Position numbers and translations under genes: made by a program. This document shows, one piece after another, positions 31,497 through 41,562 of a stretch of DNA of 64,000 nt. The stretch is from Candidatus Binataceae bacterium. Lineage in GTDB: Bacteria; Desulfobacterota; Binatia; Binatales; Binataceae. The DNA is taken from assembly GCA_035650475.1 (NCBI GenBank), contig DASRHP010000013.1:21755-85754 (forward strand). Reading direction: 5' to 3'. The notes beneath the pieces were generated by a model. The model worked only from the letters and a program-made list of their open reading frames with translations. It searched no databases and had not been told where the DNA came from. Each line of letters opens with the position of its first letter. Positions within the stretch are counted from its first letter, which is position 1.

Positions 31497-32579
31497 ATGA
31501 AATTCGGAATCATGTTCGACACCCACATCGACAAGTGGGATCTCATCCGCTATGCCGAGGAGCTCGGCTACGACAACGCCTGGGTGCCCGACTCGCAGAT
31601 GATCTGGTCGGATTGTTATGCGACGATGGCGCTGGCGGCGTTCAACACCAAACGCATCCGCATCGGCACCGGCGTCGCGATCCCGGGCACGCGGATCGCG
31701 CCGGTCACCGCCCATTCGATCGCGACCATCAACCAGCTCGCGCCCGGCCGCGTTTTCCTCGGCATCGGCACCGGCCATACCGCGATGCGCGTGATGGGAC
31801 AGGACCCGATGCCGCCACGCGAGTTCCGCGAATACCTGCGCGTGGTGCGCGGGCTGCTCGCCGGCGAGGAGGTTGATTACACCTACGCCGGCAAGACCCG
31901 CCAGATAAAGTTCCTCCATCTCGACCGCCACTTCATCAACATCTCCAACCCCATCCCGATCTACGTCGCCGCCAATGGACCGCAGGCGCTGCGTGCGACC
32001 GGCGCCTACGGCGACGGCTGGATCACGGTCAGCGGCAACCCCGAGGATTTCCGCTACTCGATGGAGGCGGTCAGGGCGGGGGCGCAGGAAGTCGGCCGCA
32101 CGATCGGCCCGGATTTTCACACCGCATGCCTGACCACCGCGTGCGTCCTGCGGCCGGGCGAGAAGCTCAGCGATGAGCGCGTGGTCAACGAGACCGGCTC
32201 GCAGGTTACCTGCACGCTCCATTTCGCATGGGAGATCTGGAAGCAGCGCGGCAAGAAGGACGAACTGATCCCGCCATTCTTCGCCAACGTGTGGGACGAC
32301 TACGTAAGGCGCGTCGAGAACTTTAGCCTGCCCGAGACCGCGCGCTTTCGCCAGATCCACGAGGGCCACTGCACGTTTCTTCAGCCCGAGGAGCGCCGCT
32401 TTGTCACGCCCGAGGCGATCGCCGGGGTATGCGTGGTCGGCACACCGGAGGAGATTATCGAGCGGTTGCGCGCGATGGAGAGGGCGGGAGTGAAGGAAGT
32501 CGCGCTGCTGCCGCCGGCCGACTACCAGCGCAAGGTCTTCCGCGACGTCGCCGAGATGGTGATGCCGGCCTTCAGGTAG
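31497..32579 (+). CDS. LLM-class flavin-dependent oxidoreductase
   Basis: 360 aa luciferase-like TIM barrel (MKFGIMFDT ..., GIGTGHTAMR). Confidence 0.8.
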   Translation: MKFGIMFDTHIDKWDLIRYAEELGYDNAWVPDSQMIWSDCYATMALAAFNTKRIRIGTGVAIPGTRIAPVTAHSIATINQLAPGRVFLGIGTGHTAMRVMGQDPMPPREFREYLRVVRGLLAGEEVDYTYAGKTRQIKFLHLDRHFINISNPIPIYVAANGPQALRATGAYGDGWITVSGNPEDFRYSMEAVRAGAQEVGRTIGPDFHTACLTTACVLRPGEKLSDERVVNETGSQVTCTLHFAWEIWKQRGKKDELIPPFFANVWDDYVRRVENFSLPETARFRQIHEGHCTFLQPEERRFVTPEAIAGVCVVGTPEEIIERLRAMERAGVKEVALLPPADYQRKVFRDVAEMVMPAFR

Positions 32580-32623
32580 CCGAAGCTGATAGCAGGTGCC
32601 GTGCGCGAGCGGCCCGTGCGCGC

Positions 32624-33958
32624 TTACTCGATGCCATAGCGTTTGCGCCGGCGCCAGAGCGTGGTGACGTTGATGCCGAGCGTGGCCGCGGCTTCCTCGA
32701 GCGTCGCGCTCTGCGCGAGGACGCGCGCGATGTGCTTTCGCTCGACTTCGTCGAGGCTTGCCGTTTGGCCAATCTCGGCAGTCTCCGCAGTCCGCTCGCG
32801 GAAGAGCGAATCGGGCAGGTCGTTGAGTGTAATCGCTTCGCTGCGGCTCAGCACGGCGGCGCGCTCGAGCGCGTTGCGCAACTCGCGCACGTTGCCCGGC
32901 CATCGGTAAGCCTGAATCGCCGCCGCCGCTTCCGGCGCCAGGCATATCGGCGGACGGCGGTTGCGCACGCTTGCCGCCGCAAGCAGCCATTCGGCCAGCG
33001 GCAGGATATCCTCGCGGCGCTCGCGCAGCGGCGGTACTGCCAGCGAGATCACGTTGAGGCGGTAGAACAGATCCTCGCGGAAGCGGCGCGCGGCGACCTC
33101 GGCGTCAAGGTCGCGGTTGGAGGCGGCGATAATCCGAATGTCAACGCGGATGGTGCGGTCGCCGCCGACCCGCTCGAAGCTCTGTTCCTGCACGAAGCGC
33201 AGAAACTTGGTCTGGAGCGCGCCCGAGAGATCGGCGATCTCGTCGAGGAACACGGTGCCGCCGTCGGCCGCTTCCAGCCGTCCGGGTTTGTCCTTGATCG
33301 CGCCGGTAAACGCGCCGCGCACGTGGCCGAACAGCTCGCTCTCGAGCAGCTCCTCGGAAAGCGTCGTGCAATTGACCACGACGAAGGGGCGCTCGTGGCG
33401 CGGGCTCCATTGATGGATTTGGCGGGCGAGCACGTTCTTGCCGGTGCCGCTCTCGCCGGCGAGCAAGATGGTGGCGTCGCTGGCGGCGGCCTGACGCGCT
33501 ATCTCGAGCAGCCGCACCATCGCCGGGCTGCGCGACTCGAGCATCGGCGCCTCGTCGATCGCGTTGCGCAGCGCGCGGTTCTCGGCTTGGAGGCGCTGCA
33601 TCTGGAGCGCGCGTTCGACGATGGGCTGGATCTGATCGAGCGAGAATGGCTTGGTGACATAGTCGTACGCGCCCGCCTTCATCGCGGCCACCGCGTTCTC
33701 CACCGTCGCGTAGGCGGTCATCAGAATGACGACGGTTTCCGGGCGGCGGCGCTTGAAGTCGGCGAGCAGCTCGAGCCCGTTGATCTCCGCCATCCGGTAG
33801 TCGGTCAGCACGAGGTCAAAGCCGTTTTCCTCGGCCAACGTGCTCGCCTCGCGCCCGCTGGCGGCGGTGTGCACCTCGTGGCCGAGCACTTCAAAGAAGG
33901 CCGCCAGGCTCGAGCGGATATTGCGCTCGTCGTCGACTATAAGCAGCCGCACCGTCAT
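32624..33958 (-). CDS. sigma-54-dependent response regulator (NtrC family)
   Basis: REC domain (DDE...D...K), AAA+ domain with GESGTGK and the GAFTGA sigma-54-interaction motif, C-terminal HTH. Start overlaps the upstream kinase stop. Confidence 0.92.
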   Translation of the reverse strand: MTVRLLIVDDERNIRSSLAAFFEVLGHEVHTAASGREASTLAEENGFDLVLTDYRMAEINGLELLADFKRRRPETVVILMTAYATVENAVAAMKAGAYDYVTKPFSLDQIQPIVERALQMQRLQAENRALRNAIDEAPMLESRSPAMVRLLEIARQAAASDATILLAGESGTGKNVLARQIHQWSPRHERPFVVVNCTTLSEELLESELFGHVRGAFTGAIKDKPGRLEAADGGTVFLDEIADLSGALQTKFLRFVQEQSFERVGGDRTIRVDIRIIAASNRDLDAEVAARRFREDLFYRLNVISLAVPPLRERREDILPLAEWLLAAASVRNRRPPICLAPEAAAAIQAYRWPGNVRELRNALERAAVLSRSEAITLNDLPDSLFRERTAETAEIGQTASLDEVERKHIARVLAQSATLEEAAATLGINVTTLWRRRKRYGIE

Positions 33959-35748
33959 GCCTCCCGCGTTGCGGGCAGCTGAACGACGAAGCGGCTGCCG
34001 TGGGGCGTGTTGCCGGTCACGAAAATTCTTCCGCTGTGCGCCATCACGATGTCTTTGACGATCGCCAGCCCGAGCCCGGCCGAGCCTTTCTTCTCGCCGT
34101 CGGCGCCGTACTGCGCGAAGCGTTCGAAGATGTAGTCGCGCAGCTCGGGCGCGATGCCGGGGCCGGAGTCGGCGACCTCAAGGCGCACGGTGTCGTCAGC
34201 CGAGCTGGTCGCGACCTCGATCCGTCCACCGGCGGGCGTGTAGCGCAGCGCGTTGCCGATCAGGTTGGAGACCAACCACGACAGCTTGACCGGGTCGCCG
34301 GTGACCTGCGGCACCGCCTCGACATGCTTATCGAGCCGCACGTGCTTGTCTTCGAGCTGGAGGGCGAAGCGGCCGATGACTTCGTCGGTGATGCGCGCCA
34401 GGTCCAGGCGCTTACGGGCGAGCGAGATCGAGCCCAATTCGCCGCGGGCAAGGCCAAGCAGGTTGTCGGTGAGCTGCTTCATCCGCGCGCACTCCTCGAG
34501 GATGGTGCGCAGCAGTTCGCGCTGGCGCGGCTCGAGCGAGACCTCATCACGCTGCAGCAATTGCGCGGAGAGCGTGAGCGAAGTCAGCGGTGTGCGCAGC
34601 TCGTGCGAGAGCGTCTCGATCAGGTTGGAGCGCGCGCGGTCCTGGTCGCGCAGGTAGGTTACGTCCTGGAGGATGAGCAGCGTGCCGAAAACGCCATCGG
34701 TGTCGTCCCGGCGCAGCGCGATCGGCTTGAGCACGTAGGAGTGATCGCGCCCGCGCACGTGGAGCTGCACTTCGGTGCGCGGAACTTCGGGCGCTGCGCG
34801 CCTGAGTCCGCGCAGCGCGTCGCGCACACGCAGGTAATGCGGCGAGTTGCTGCTCAGATCGTCGAACGGACTGCCCAGCGCCTCGCGCGGCGCGATGTCG
34901 AGGATGAGCGAGGCGATCTCGTTGATATGGGTGACTACGCCCTCGGGGTCGATCAGCACCACGCCATCCTCGAGGCTCTCGATAATCGCTTCGGTCTTGC
35001 GCTTTTCGAAGAGCAGGCGCTCGACATTGAGCTTCTCGTACTGCTCGAGCTGCTCGGCCATCTGGTTGAATTCGCGCGCCACCGCGTCGAGCTCGGCCAG
35101 CGGCTGCGGCCCCAGGCGCACCTGCGTACGCCGCTGGCTTACTCCGCGCAGGCGCTCGGCGAGCTCGGTCAGCGGCCGCGCCAAAGCCCATCCGAAGCCC
35201 CACGACACCGCCGCGCCTGCGAGCAACAGCACCGCCAGGCAGATTGCGAACTCGTAGCTCAGCCGAGTGCCGAGGCGGGTCGCGCGGCTGTTGGCGCGGA
35301 ACATCGCCGCCTGGTTCATCGCGATGAGGTCGTTTAGGCGCGCGTGCAGCTCCTCGAACTGCCGATCGTGCCGCGGCCCCGGCGGCGCGCTTGCAATCTC
35401 GCCGAACAGCCGCCGCGCGCGCTGCTCGATATCATGCGCGAGCTGGGGCTCGCCGATCTCCGTGTAGTCGTGGTTCTCGACCTCCATCCAGTGCATGAAG
35501 GTCTGGCGCTGGCGCGCCAGCTCTTCGGCTGCGCGGCCGTCGCGCTCGGCGAGCTGGAGCACGCGCAGCGCGGCGTGCATGTGCTGGGCCGCTTCGATGC
35601 TGACGTAGTTGCGGTACAGGGTTTCGCGGATCGCGCCGCCGAGGCGGTAGACGCGGGGCAGCGCGTAGATTCCGACGCCCATCACCAGCGCTAGCATCAG
35701 CAGCGTGGCATTGCGGATGCGCGAGCGCAGGGAGGGCAGCGCGCTCAT
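33955..35748 (-). CDS. sensor histidine kinase (TM-HAMP-PAS-HisKA-HATPase)
   Basis: 597 aa. H-box LSHELRTPL, plus N, G1 and G2 boxes. Start overlaps the KdpD-N stop (ATGA), stop overlaps the regulator start. Confidence 0.88.
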   Translation of the reverse strand: MSALPSLRSRIRNATLLMLALVMGVGIYALPRVYRLGGAIRETLYRNYVSIEAAQHMHAALRVLQLAERDGRAAEELARQRQTFMHWMEVENHDYTEIGEPQLAHDIEQRARRLFGEIASAPPGPRHDRQFEELHARLNDLIAMNQAAMFRANSRATRLGTRLSYEFAICLAVLLLAGAAVSWGFGWALARPLTELAERLRGVSQRRTQVRLGPQPLAELDAVAREFNQMAEQLEQYEKLNVERLLFEKRKTEAIIESLEDGVVLIDPEGVVTHINEIASLILDIAPREALGSPFDDLSSNSPHYLRVRDALRGLRRAAPEVPRTEVQLHVRGRDHSYVLKPIALRRDDTDGVFGTLLILQDVTYLRDQDRARSNLIETLSHELRTPLTSLTLSAQLLQRDEVSLEPRQRELLRTILEECARMKQLTDNLLGLARGELGSISLARKRLDLARITDEVIGRFALQLEDKHVRLDKHVEAVPQVTGDPVKLSWLVSNLIGNALRYTPAGGRIEVATSSADDTVRLEVADSGPGIAPELRDYIFERFAQYGADGEKKGSAGLGLAIVKDIVMAHSGRIFVTGNTPHGSRFVVQLPATREA

Positions 35749-36899
35749 CGCTCTTCCCCGGCCTGGATGGCCACGACTTCAACGTCGAAGTCGACCGCCT
35801 CCTCGAGCAGGCGCTTGGTGATGTCGCGCCCGAGCAGACGGCGCCACAGCGGCTGATGCGTGCGGCCGAGCACGATCTTGGTGATCCCGTGCGTACGGGC
35901 GAAGTCCAGCAGCGCCTGCGTCACGTTGTCCGATTTAAGCCACACGCTTTCGGCGCCGAGATCGCTGGCGAGGTTGATGTTGTCAAGCAGGGCCACGAAG
36001 TCGCGAGTGCTGATGCGGCTGACCGACTCGGCCGGAGTCTCAACATGCACGGCATACCAGTCGGCGCCAAGCTGGCCGGCGATGCGGCAGGCCTTGCGCA
36101 GCAGCTCGCGCGCGGCGTGCGGATTGGACGATAGCCCGACCATCACCCGCTCGGCCGGCTGGGCGCGGCGTCCGCCCTCGCGCTGGAGCGCCTCGCGATC
36201 CTCGCGCTGGCGGCAGAGCCCGCGCGCGACCTCACGCAGCGCGATCTCGCGCAGCGAGGCCAGGTTGCTGGGCTTGAAAAAGCTGCGCAACGCCTGTTCG
36301 ACCTGCGGCGGCGGGTAGATTTTGCCCTCGCGCAGCCGCTCGCGCAGCGCCTCGGCGGTGATGTCGACATTGACCACCTGGTCGGCGCGGGCTAGAAAGC
36401 TGTCGGGCACGGTCTCACGCACGTCGACCCCGGTGAGCCGCTTCATCAGCGGGTTCAAACTCTCGACGTGCTGGATATTCATCGCAGTGATTACGTTGAT
36501 GCCCGCGGCGAGCAGTTCCTCGACGTCCTGGTAGCGTTTCTCGTGCTTGGAGCCGGGGACGTTGGTGTGCGCAAGTTCGTCGACCACCACGACCTCAGGC
36601 TTGCGCGCCAAAGTCGCGTCCAGGTCCATCTCCTCCACCGTCGTGCCGCGATACTCGACGCGCCGGCGCGGGATCACTTCGAGGTCTCCAACCTTGGTCA
36701 GCGTTTCGGCGCGGCCGTGGGTCTCGATCAGCCCGAGCACCACATCGACGCCGTGCTCGCGGAGTTGATGCGCTTCCTCCAGCATCCGCCAGGTCTTGCC
36801 CACGCCCGCTGCGGCACCGATATAAATCTTGAGCCTGCCCTTCGGCGACTGGGCGACCAGGTCGAGAAATGATTCAGGCTCAGGCCGCTCCTCGTCCAT
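35745..36899 (-). CDS. kdpD: KdpD N-terminal sensor domain plus USP domain protein (stand-alone, no kinase domain)
   Basis: 384 aa. IYIGAAAGVGKTWRMLEEAHQLREHGVDVVLGLIETHGRAET ... MNIQHVESLN matches the KdpD N-terminal (Kdp-sensing) domain, followed by a universal-stress-protein-like domain. No TM or HisKA domains. Confidence 0.85.
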   Translation of the reverse strand: MDEERPEPESFLDLVAQSPKGRLKIYIGAAAGVGKTWRMLEEAHQLREHGVDVVLGLIETHGRAETLTKVGDLEVIPRRRVEYRGTTVEEMDLDATLARKPEVVVVDELAHTNVPGSKHEKRYQDVEELLAAGINVITAMNIQHVESLNPLMKRLTGVDVRETVPDSFLARADQVVNVDITAEALRERLREGKIYPPPQVEQALRSFFKPSNLASLREIALREVARGLCRQREDREALQREGGRRAQPAERVMVGLSSNPHAARELLRKACRIAGQLGADWYAVHVETPAESVSRISTRDFVALLDNINLASDLGAESVWLKSDNVTQALLDFARTHGITKIVLGRTHQPLWRRLLGRDITKRLLEEAVDFDVEVVAIQAGEER

Positions 36900-36928
36900 C
36901 CAGCTTAGTATACGCCGCGCTCGGTCTC

Positions 36929-37513
36929 TCAGCGCTGTCGCTGACCGAGGTGGTCGAGGGCCAGGTTCAGGTCCAGGACGTTGACGCCGGGCTCGCCAAA
37001 CACGCCGGCGAATCGCGGGCGGGTGTGCTCGCGCACGAGACCCTCCACCACGTCAGGGCTCAGGCCGCGCGCTTTAGCGACGCGTGCGACCTGGAGTTGC
37101 GCGTCGGCTGGGCTAATCTCCGGGTCGAGGCCGCTGCCCGAGGCGGTAACCATTCCCGTCGGCACCTGCTGAGGCGTGGCGCCCGGGTTCTCTTCGAGCA
37201 CCTTGTGCAGCGCGTCCCGGACGTCGTCGATGAGCTTGCGGTTGGTCGGGCCGAGGTTGGAGCCGCCCGAGTCGGAAGCGTCGTAGCCCCTGGCGCCGGC
37301 ATCCGAAGGTCGGGGATGGAAGTAGCGCGCCTGGGTGAAGCTCTGGCCGATCAACTCTGAGCCGATTACCTGCCCGCTGCGCACGATGAGGCTGCCATTG
37401 GCCTGCCAGGGGAAGGCAGTCTGCGCGATTACATAGACCGCGAGCGGATAGATGATGCCGGTCACCACCGTCAGCGCTATCACCATCGCGATCGCGGAAA
37501 GCAGCGTGCGCAT
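36929..37513 (-). CDS. kdpC: potassium-transporting ATPase subunit C
   Basis: 194 aa. N-terminal TM, then the KdpC pattern (ASGSGLDP, GLVREHT). Confidence 0.9.
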   Translation of the reverse strand: MRTLLSAIAMVIALTVVTGIIYPLAVYVIAQTAFPWQANGSLIVRSGQVIGSELIGQSFTQARYFHPRPSDAGARGYDASDSGGSNLGPTNRKLIDDVRDALHKVLEENPGATPQQVPTGMVTASGSGLDPEISPADAQLQVARVAKARGLSPDVVEGLVREHTRPRFAGVFGEPGVNVLDLNLALDHLGQRQR

Positions 37514-37524
37514 GTCTCGCTTCC

Positions 37525-39567
37525 TTATGCCAGGTGCAGAGCTGCGACTAGCAAATCAATCGCCTTGATGCCGATGAACGGGATGAGCACGCCGCCCAGG
37601 CCGTAGATGAAGAGGTTGCGGGTCAGGATCGCCGCCGCGCCGAGCGGGCGGTAGGCAACGCCGCGCAGCGCCAGCGGGATGAGCGCGATGATGATCAGCG
37701 CGTTGAAGATGACCGCCGACAGAATCGCGCTCTGCGGAGTTGCCAGGTGCATGATGTTGAGCGACTGGAGTTCGGGATATTCCACCACGAACATCGCCGG
37801 GATGATCGCGAAATACTTGGCGACGTCGTTGGCGATCGAAAAAGTGGTCAGCGCGCCGCGCGTCATCAGAAGCTGCTTGCCGATCTCGACGACCTCCATG
37901 ATTTTGGTCGGGTTGGAGTCGAGGTCGACCATATTGCCGGCCTCGCGCGCGGCCTGGGTGCCGGCGTTCATCGCGACCCCGACGTCGGCCTGCGCCAGCG
38001 CCGGCGCGTCATTGGTGCCGTCACCGATCATCGCGACCAGTTTGCCCTGCGCCTGCTCCTCGCGGATGAGCTGGAGCTTGGTCTCGGGCGTGGCTTCGGC
38101 GCGAAAGTCGTCGACGCCGGCCTCATAGGCGATGGCGGCGGCGGTCAACGGATTGTCGCCGGTGATCATCACCGTACGCATGCCCATCGCGCGCAGGCGG
38201 GCGAAACGCTCGCGGATGCCCTCCTTGATAATGTCTTTGAGGTGAATCACGCCGAGCACGCGCGGGCCGTCGGCGACCACCAGCGGCGTGCCGCCCGCGC
38301 GCGCGATGCGCTCGACGATTCCCGCCAACTCGGGCGGCGCGGCGCCGCCGTTTTCCCTGACGAACTTCACCACTTGGTCGGCTGCGCCCTTGCGTACTCG
38401 GCGGCCGTTGAGGTTCACCCCGCTCATGCGGGTCTGCGCCGAGAACGGGATGAATTCCGCCTCATGCTCGGCGAGTTCGCGTCCGCGGAGGTTGTATTCG
38501 CGCTTGGCCAGCACCATGATCGAGCGGCCCTCCGGCGTCTCGTCGGCGAGCGAGGCCAATTGCGCGGCGTCGGCCAGTTCCTCGATTCGGGTGTCGAGCA
38601 CGGGGATGAACTCGGTTGCCATCCGGTTGCCGAGCGTGATCGTGCCGGTCTTGTCGAGCAGCAGGGTGTCAACGTCGCCGGCCGCCTCGACCGCGCGCCC
38701 TGACATCGCGAGCACGTTGTGCTGAACGAGCCGGTCCATCCCGGCGATGCCGATTGCCGAGAGCAGGCCGCCAATGGTCGTGGGAATCAGGCATACCAGC
38801 AGCGCAACCAGCACCGGCAGCGAAAGCGAGGTTCCGCCGTAGCGCGCGAACGGATAGAGGCTCACGCAGACCAGCATGAAGATGATCGTCAGGCCGGCGA
38901 GCAGGATGCTGAGCGCGATTTCGTTGGGCGTCTTCTGGCGCTGCGCGCCCTCGACCAGGTTAATCATGCGATCGAGGAAGGTCTCGCCGGGGTTGGCAGT
39001 GATGCGCACCTTGATGTGGTCCGAGATAACCGTGGTGCCGCCGGTTACCGCGCTGCGGTCACCGCCGCTCTCGCGAATCACCGGCGCCGATTCGCCGGTT
39101 ATCGCCGCCTCGTTGACCGCCGCGATTCCCTCGATCACTTCGCCGTCGCCGGGAATCATGGCGCCCGCCTCGACCAGCACTATGTCGCCGCGTTTGAGCC
39201 TGGTCGCCGGCACCATCCGCACCGCGCCGTCCTGCCCGACCAGCTTGGCCTGGGTCTCGGTGCGGGTCTTGCGCAGGTTATCGGCTTGCGCCTTGCCGCG
39301 CCCCTCTGCCATCGCTTCGGCAAAGTTCGCAAACCCCACCGCGAACCACAGCCATAGCGCGATTTGAAACTCGAAGAGGGCGAGCCCGAACTGTCCCTCG
39401 AGAAAGTCGCGGATCAGGATCAGGGTGACCGCGGCCGCGGTGACCTCGACCACAAACATCACCGGGTTGCGTAGCTGGATGCGCGGGTCGAACTTGCGCA
39501 TCGAGTTGAACAGCGCGCCCCGCACGATCTGACGGTCCCACAGCGCCGTCGCCTTACGCTCTGCCAT
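37525..39567 (-). CDS. kdpB: potassium-transporting ATPase subunit B (P-type ATPase)
   Basis: 680 aa with DKTGTIT phosphorylation motif, TGDNPLTA and [12 protein letters not shown]. Confidence 0.95.
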   Translation of the reverse strand: MAERKATALWDRQIVRGALFNSMRKFDPRIQLRNPVMFVVEVTAAAVTLILIRDFLEGQFGLALFEFQIALWLWFAVGFANFAEAMAEGRGKAQADNLRKTRTETQAKLVGQDGAVRMVPATRLKRGDIVLVEAGAMIPGDGEVIEGIAAVNEAAITGESAPVIRESGGDRSAVTGGTTVISDHIKVRITANPGETFLDRMINLVEGAQRQKTPNEIALSILLAGLTIIFMLVCVSLYPFARYGGTSLSLPVLVALLVCLIPTTIGGLLSAIGIAGMDRLVQHNVLAMSGRAVEAAGDVDTLLLDKTGTITLGNRMATEFIPVLDTRIEELADAAQLASLADETPEGRSIMVLAKREYNLRGRELAEHEAEFIPFSAQTRMSGVNLNGRRVRKGAADQVVKFVRENGGAAPPELAGIVERIARAGGTPLVVADGPRVLGVIHLKDIIKEGIRERFARLRAMGMRTVMITGDNPLTAAAIAYEAGVDDFRAEATPETKLQLIREEQAQGKLVAMIGDGTNDAPALAQADVGVAMNAGTQAAREAGNMVDLDSNPTKIMEVVEIGKQLLMTRGALTTFSIANDVAKYFAIIPAMFVVEYPELQSLNIMHLATPQSAILSAVIFNALIIIALIPLALRGVAYRPLGAAAILTRNLFIYGLGGVLIPFIGIKAIDLLVAALHLA

Positions 39568-39613
39568 CGCGATTCACTCCTTGCCCATTACAGGTAGTGC
39601 GCGCGACGCGGCC

Positions 39614-41338
39614 CTAGTAGAGCTTGCCCTTCATCATGACGAGGTGTTCGACGATCGGCCCCAGCGCGTCGACCGGGAAGAACGTCAGCGCGGCGACGAT
39701 CAGGACCACGCCGACCAGCAGCACGACGAAGATCGCGCCATTGGTAGGAAAGGTCCCGGCGCTCGGTGGTACCGCCTTCTTGCCCGCCAGCGACCCGGCC
39801 AGCGCGAGCACCGGGATCTTCATCATGAAACGGCCGAACAGCATCACGAACGCAAGCGTCGAGTTATAGAAGGGGGTGTTCGCATTGAGCCCGGCGAAGG
39901 CCGAGCCGTTGTTGGCTGAGGCCTCGGTGTAGGCGTAGAGAATCTGCGTGAGGCCGTGCGGCCCGGGATTTGTGATCCCGGCAAGGCCAGGCTTGGTCAC
40001 CACGGCGATGCCGGCCAGGATCAAGATCACCGCGGGAAAGATCAGGATGAAGAGCATAGCGAGCTTCATCTCGCGCCCCTCGATCTTCTTGCCCAGGTAC
40101 TCCGGCGTGCGCCCCACCATCAGCCCCGCGATGAACACCGCGAGCACCGCCATCACCAGCATCCCGTAAAGTCCCGAACCGACGCCGCCGAAGATGATCT
40201 CGCCGAGCTGCATGTTGACCAGGGGGACCAGTCCGCCGAGCGGGGTGAAACTGTCGTGCATCGAGTTCACCGCGCCGCACGAGCTGTCGGTAGTGACCGT
40301 CGCCCACAGCGCCGAGTCAACGATGCCGAAGCGCGTCTCCTTGCCCTCCATGTTGCCGCCGCTGTCGCCGGGCGCGGCGGCCTGGCTGATTCCCAGTTTG
40401 GCGAACTCGGGATTGCCCCGTTGCTCGGCCCAAATCGCTGGCGTCACGCCCATCAGAAAGAGGATTGCCATCGCGCCGAACAACGCCCATCCCTGACGCC
40501 GGTCACCCGTCATTTGGCCGAAGGTGTGCGTCAGCGCCGCGCCGATCGCGAAGATCGCCAACAGCTCAATCAAGTCGCTGAGCGGAGTAGGGTTTTCATA
40601 GGGGTGGGCGGCGTTGGCGTTGAAGAAGCCGCCACCGTTGGTCCCGAGTTCCTTGATGATCTCCTGCGAAGCGACTGGACCTTCGGCGATCACCTGCTCG
40701 GCGCCCTCGACGGTCCTTGCATGGACATAAGGGCTAAAGTTCTGCGGCACCCCCTGCCATACCAGCGCCAGCGCGCCGACTAGCGAGATCGGCAGCAGCA
40801 CCCACAGCGTCGCGCGAGTCAAATCGACCCAGAAGTTGCCGATGGTCCTCGCGCCGGAGCGGACGAAGCCGTGGATAACCGCAATCGCGACCGCGATGCC
40901 GGCCGCGGCGGAGACAAAATTGTGAAAGGCGAGCCCGGCCATCTGCGTCAGATAGCTCATCGTGGTTTCGCCGCCGTAGGCCTGCCAGTTGGTATTGGTG
41001 GTGAAGCTTGCCGCCGTGTCGAAAGCGAGATCGGGCGCGACTCCGGCGAAGTGCTGCGGGTTGAGCGGCAGGAACGCCTGCAAGCGCTGCATCGCGTAGA
41101 GCACGATCATTCCGACCATGCTGAACAGCAGCATCGCGATCGCGTACTCCCGCCAAGTCATCTCCGCGCCCGGACGTACGCCGCACAACCGATAGATCAG
41201 GCGTTCGACCGGCTCCAGCATCGGGTCGAGGAAGGTCCGCTCGCGGGCGAACACGCGCGCCATGTAAAGGCCGAGCGGCACGCTTACCGCGGTGACGATA
41301 GCGAGAAAAATCCCCACCTGGAGGACGGCATTCCACAT
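39614..41338 (-). CDS. kdpA: potassium-transporting ATPase subunit A
   Basis: Start taken at the internal ATG (41338, MWNAVLQVGIF...). The upstream 46 codons of the ORF look like non-coding read-through. KdpA-like 10-TM channel subunit. Confidence 0.9.
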   Translation of the reverse strand: MWNAVLQVGIFLAIVTAVSVPLGLYMARVFARERTFLDPMLEPVERLIYRLCGVRPGAEMTWREYAIAMLLFSMVGMIVLYAMQRLQAFLPLNPQHFAGVAPDLAFDTAASFTTNTNWQAYGGETTMSYLTQMAGLAFHNFVSAAAGIAVAIAVIHGFVRSGARTIGNFWVDLTRATLWVLLPISLVGALALVWQGVPQNFSPYVHARTVEGAEQVIAEGPVASQEIIKELGTNGGGFFNANAAHPYENPTPLSDLIELLAIFAIGAALTHTFGQMTGDRRQGWALFGAMAILFLMGVTPAIWAEQRGNPEFAKLGISQAAAPGDSGGNMEGKETRFGIVDSALWATVTTDSSCGAVNSMHDSFTPLGGLVPLVNMQLGEIIFGGVGSGLYGMLVMAVLAVFIAGLMVGRTPEYLGKKIEGREMKLAMLFILIFPAVILILAGIAVVTKPGLAGITNPGPHGLTQILYAYTEASANNGSAFAGLNANTPFYNSTLAFVMLFGRFMMKIPVLALAGSLAGKKAVPPSAGTFPTNGAIFVVLLVGVVLIVAALTFFPVDALGPIVEHLVMMKGKLY

Positions 41339-41361
41339 GATGAGCGGCCTTGCACGCGCGG

Positions 41362-41454
41362 CTAGAAGCGCTCGGGGTGCAGCAGCGCCCAGACCAGGTA
41401 GGCGATCAGAAGGACTGCGCCCACCGAACCCAAGATCAACTCCCAACCGCTCAT
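41362..41454 (-). CDS. kdpF: potassium-transporting ATPase subunit F (KdpF peptide)
   Basis: 30 aa MSGWELILGSVGAVLLIAYLVWALLHPERF, a single TM, ending 24 nt before kdpA. Not in the ORF track (too short). Confidence 0.75.
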   Translation of the reverse strand: MSGWELILGSVGAVLLIAYLVWALLHPERF

Positions 41455-41546
41455 AGCCGGCGGCATCCTTCGACATAGGCGACGCTGATCGCGAAGAAGG
41501 TGACGCTCGCCGCGAGGAAGACTAGATCCAGCATGTCAGCCTTAAA

Positions 41547-41562
41547 AGCAGAAGCCGTGCCA
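41547..41562 (-). promoter_or_regulatory. candidate sigma-54 promoter of the kdp operon (TGGCACG-N4-CTGCT on the - strand)
   Basis: Minus-strand TGGCACGGCTTCTGCT, GG and GC at consensus spacing, about 93 nt upstream of kdpF. Confidence 0.5.

Noticed and set aside
39614-41476. N-terminal 46 codons of the kdpA ORF (ATG 41476)
   Set aside because: These codons overlap kdpF in another frame and precede the conserved KdpA N-terminus. Start reassigned to 41338.
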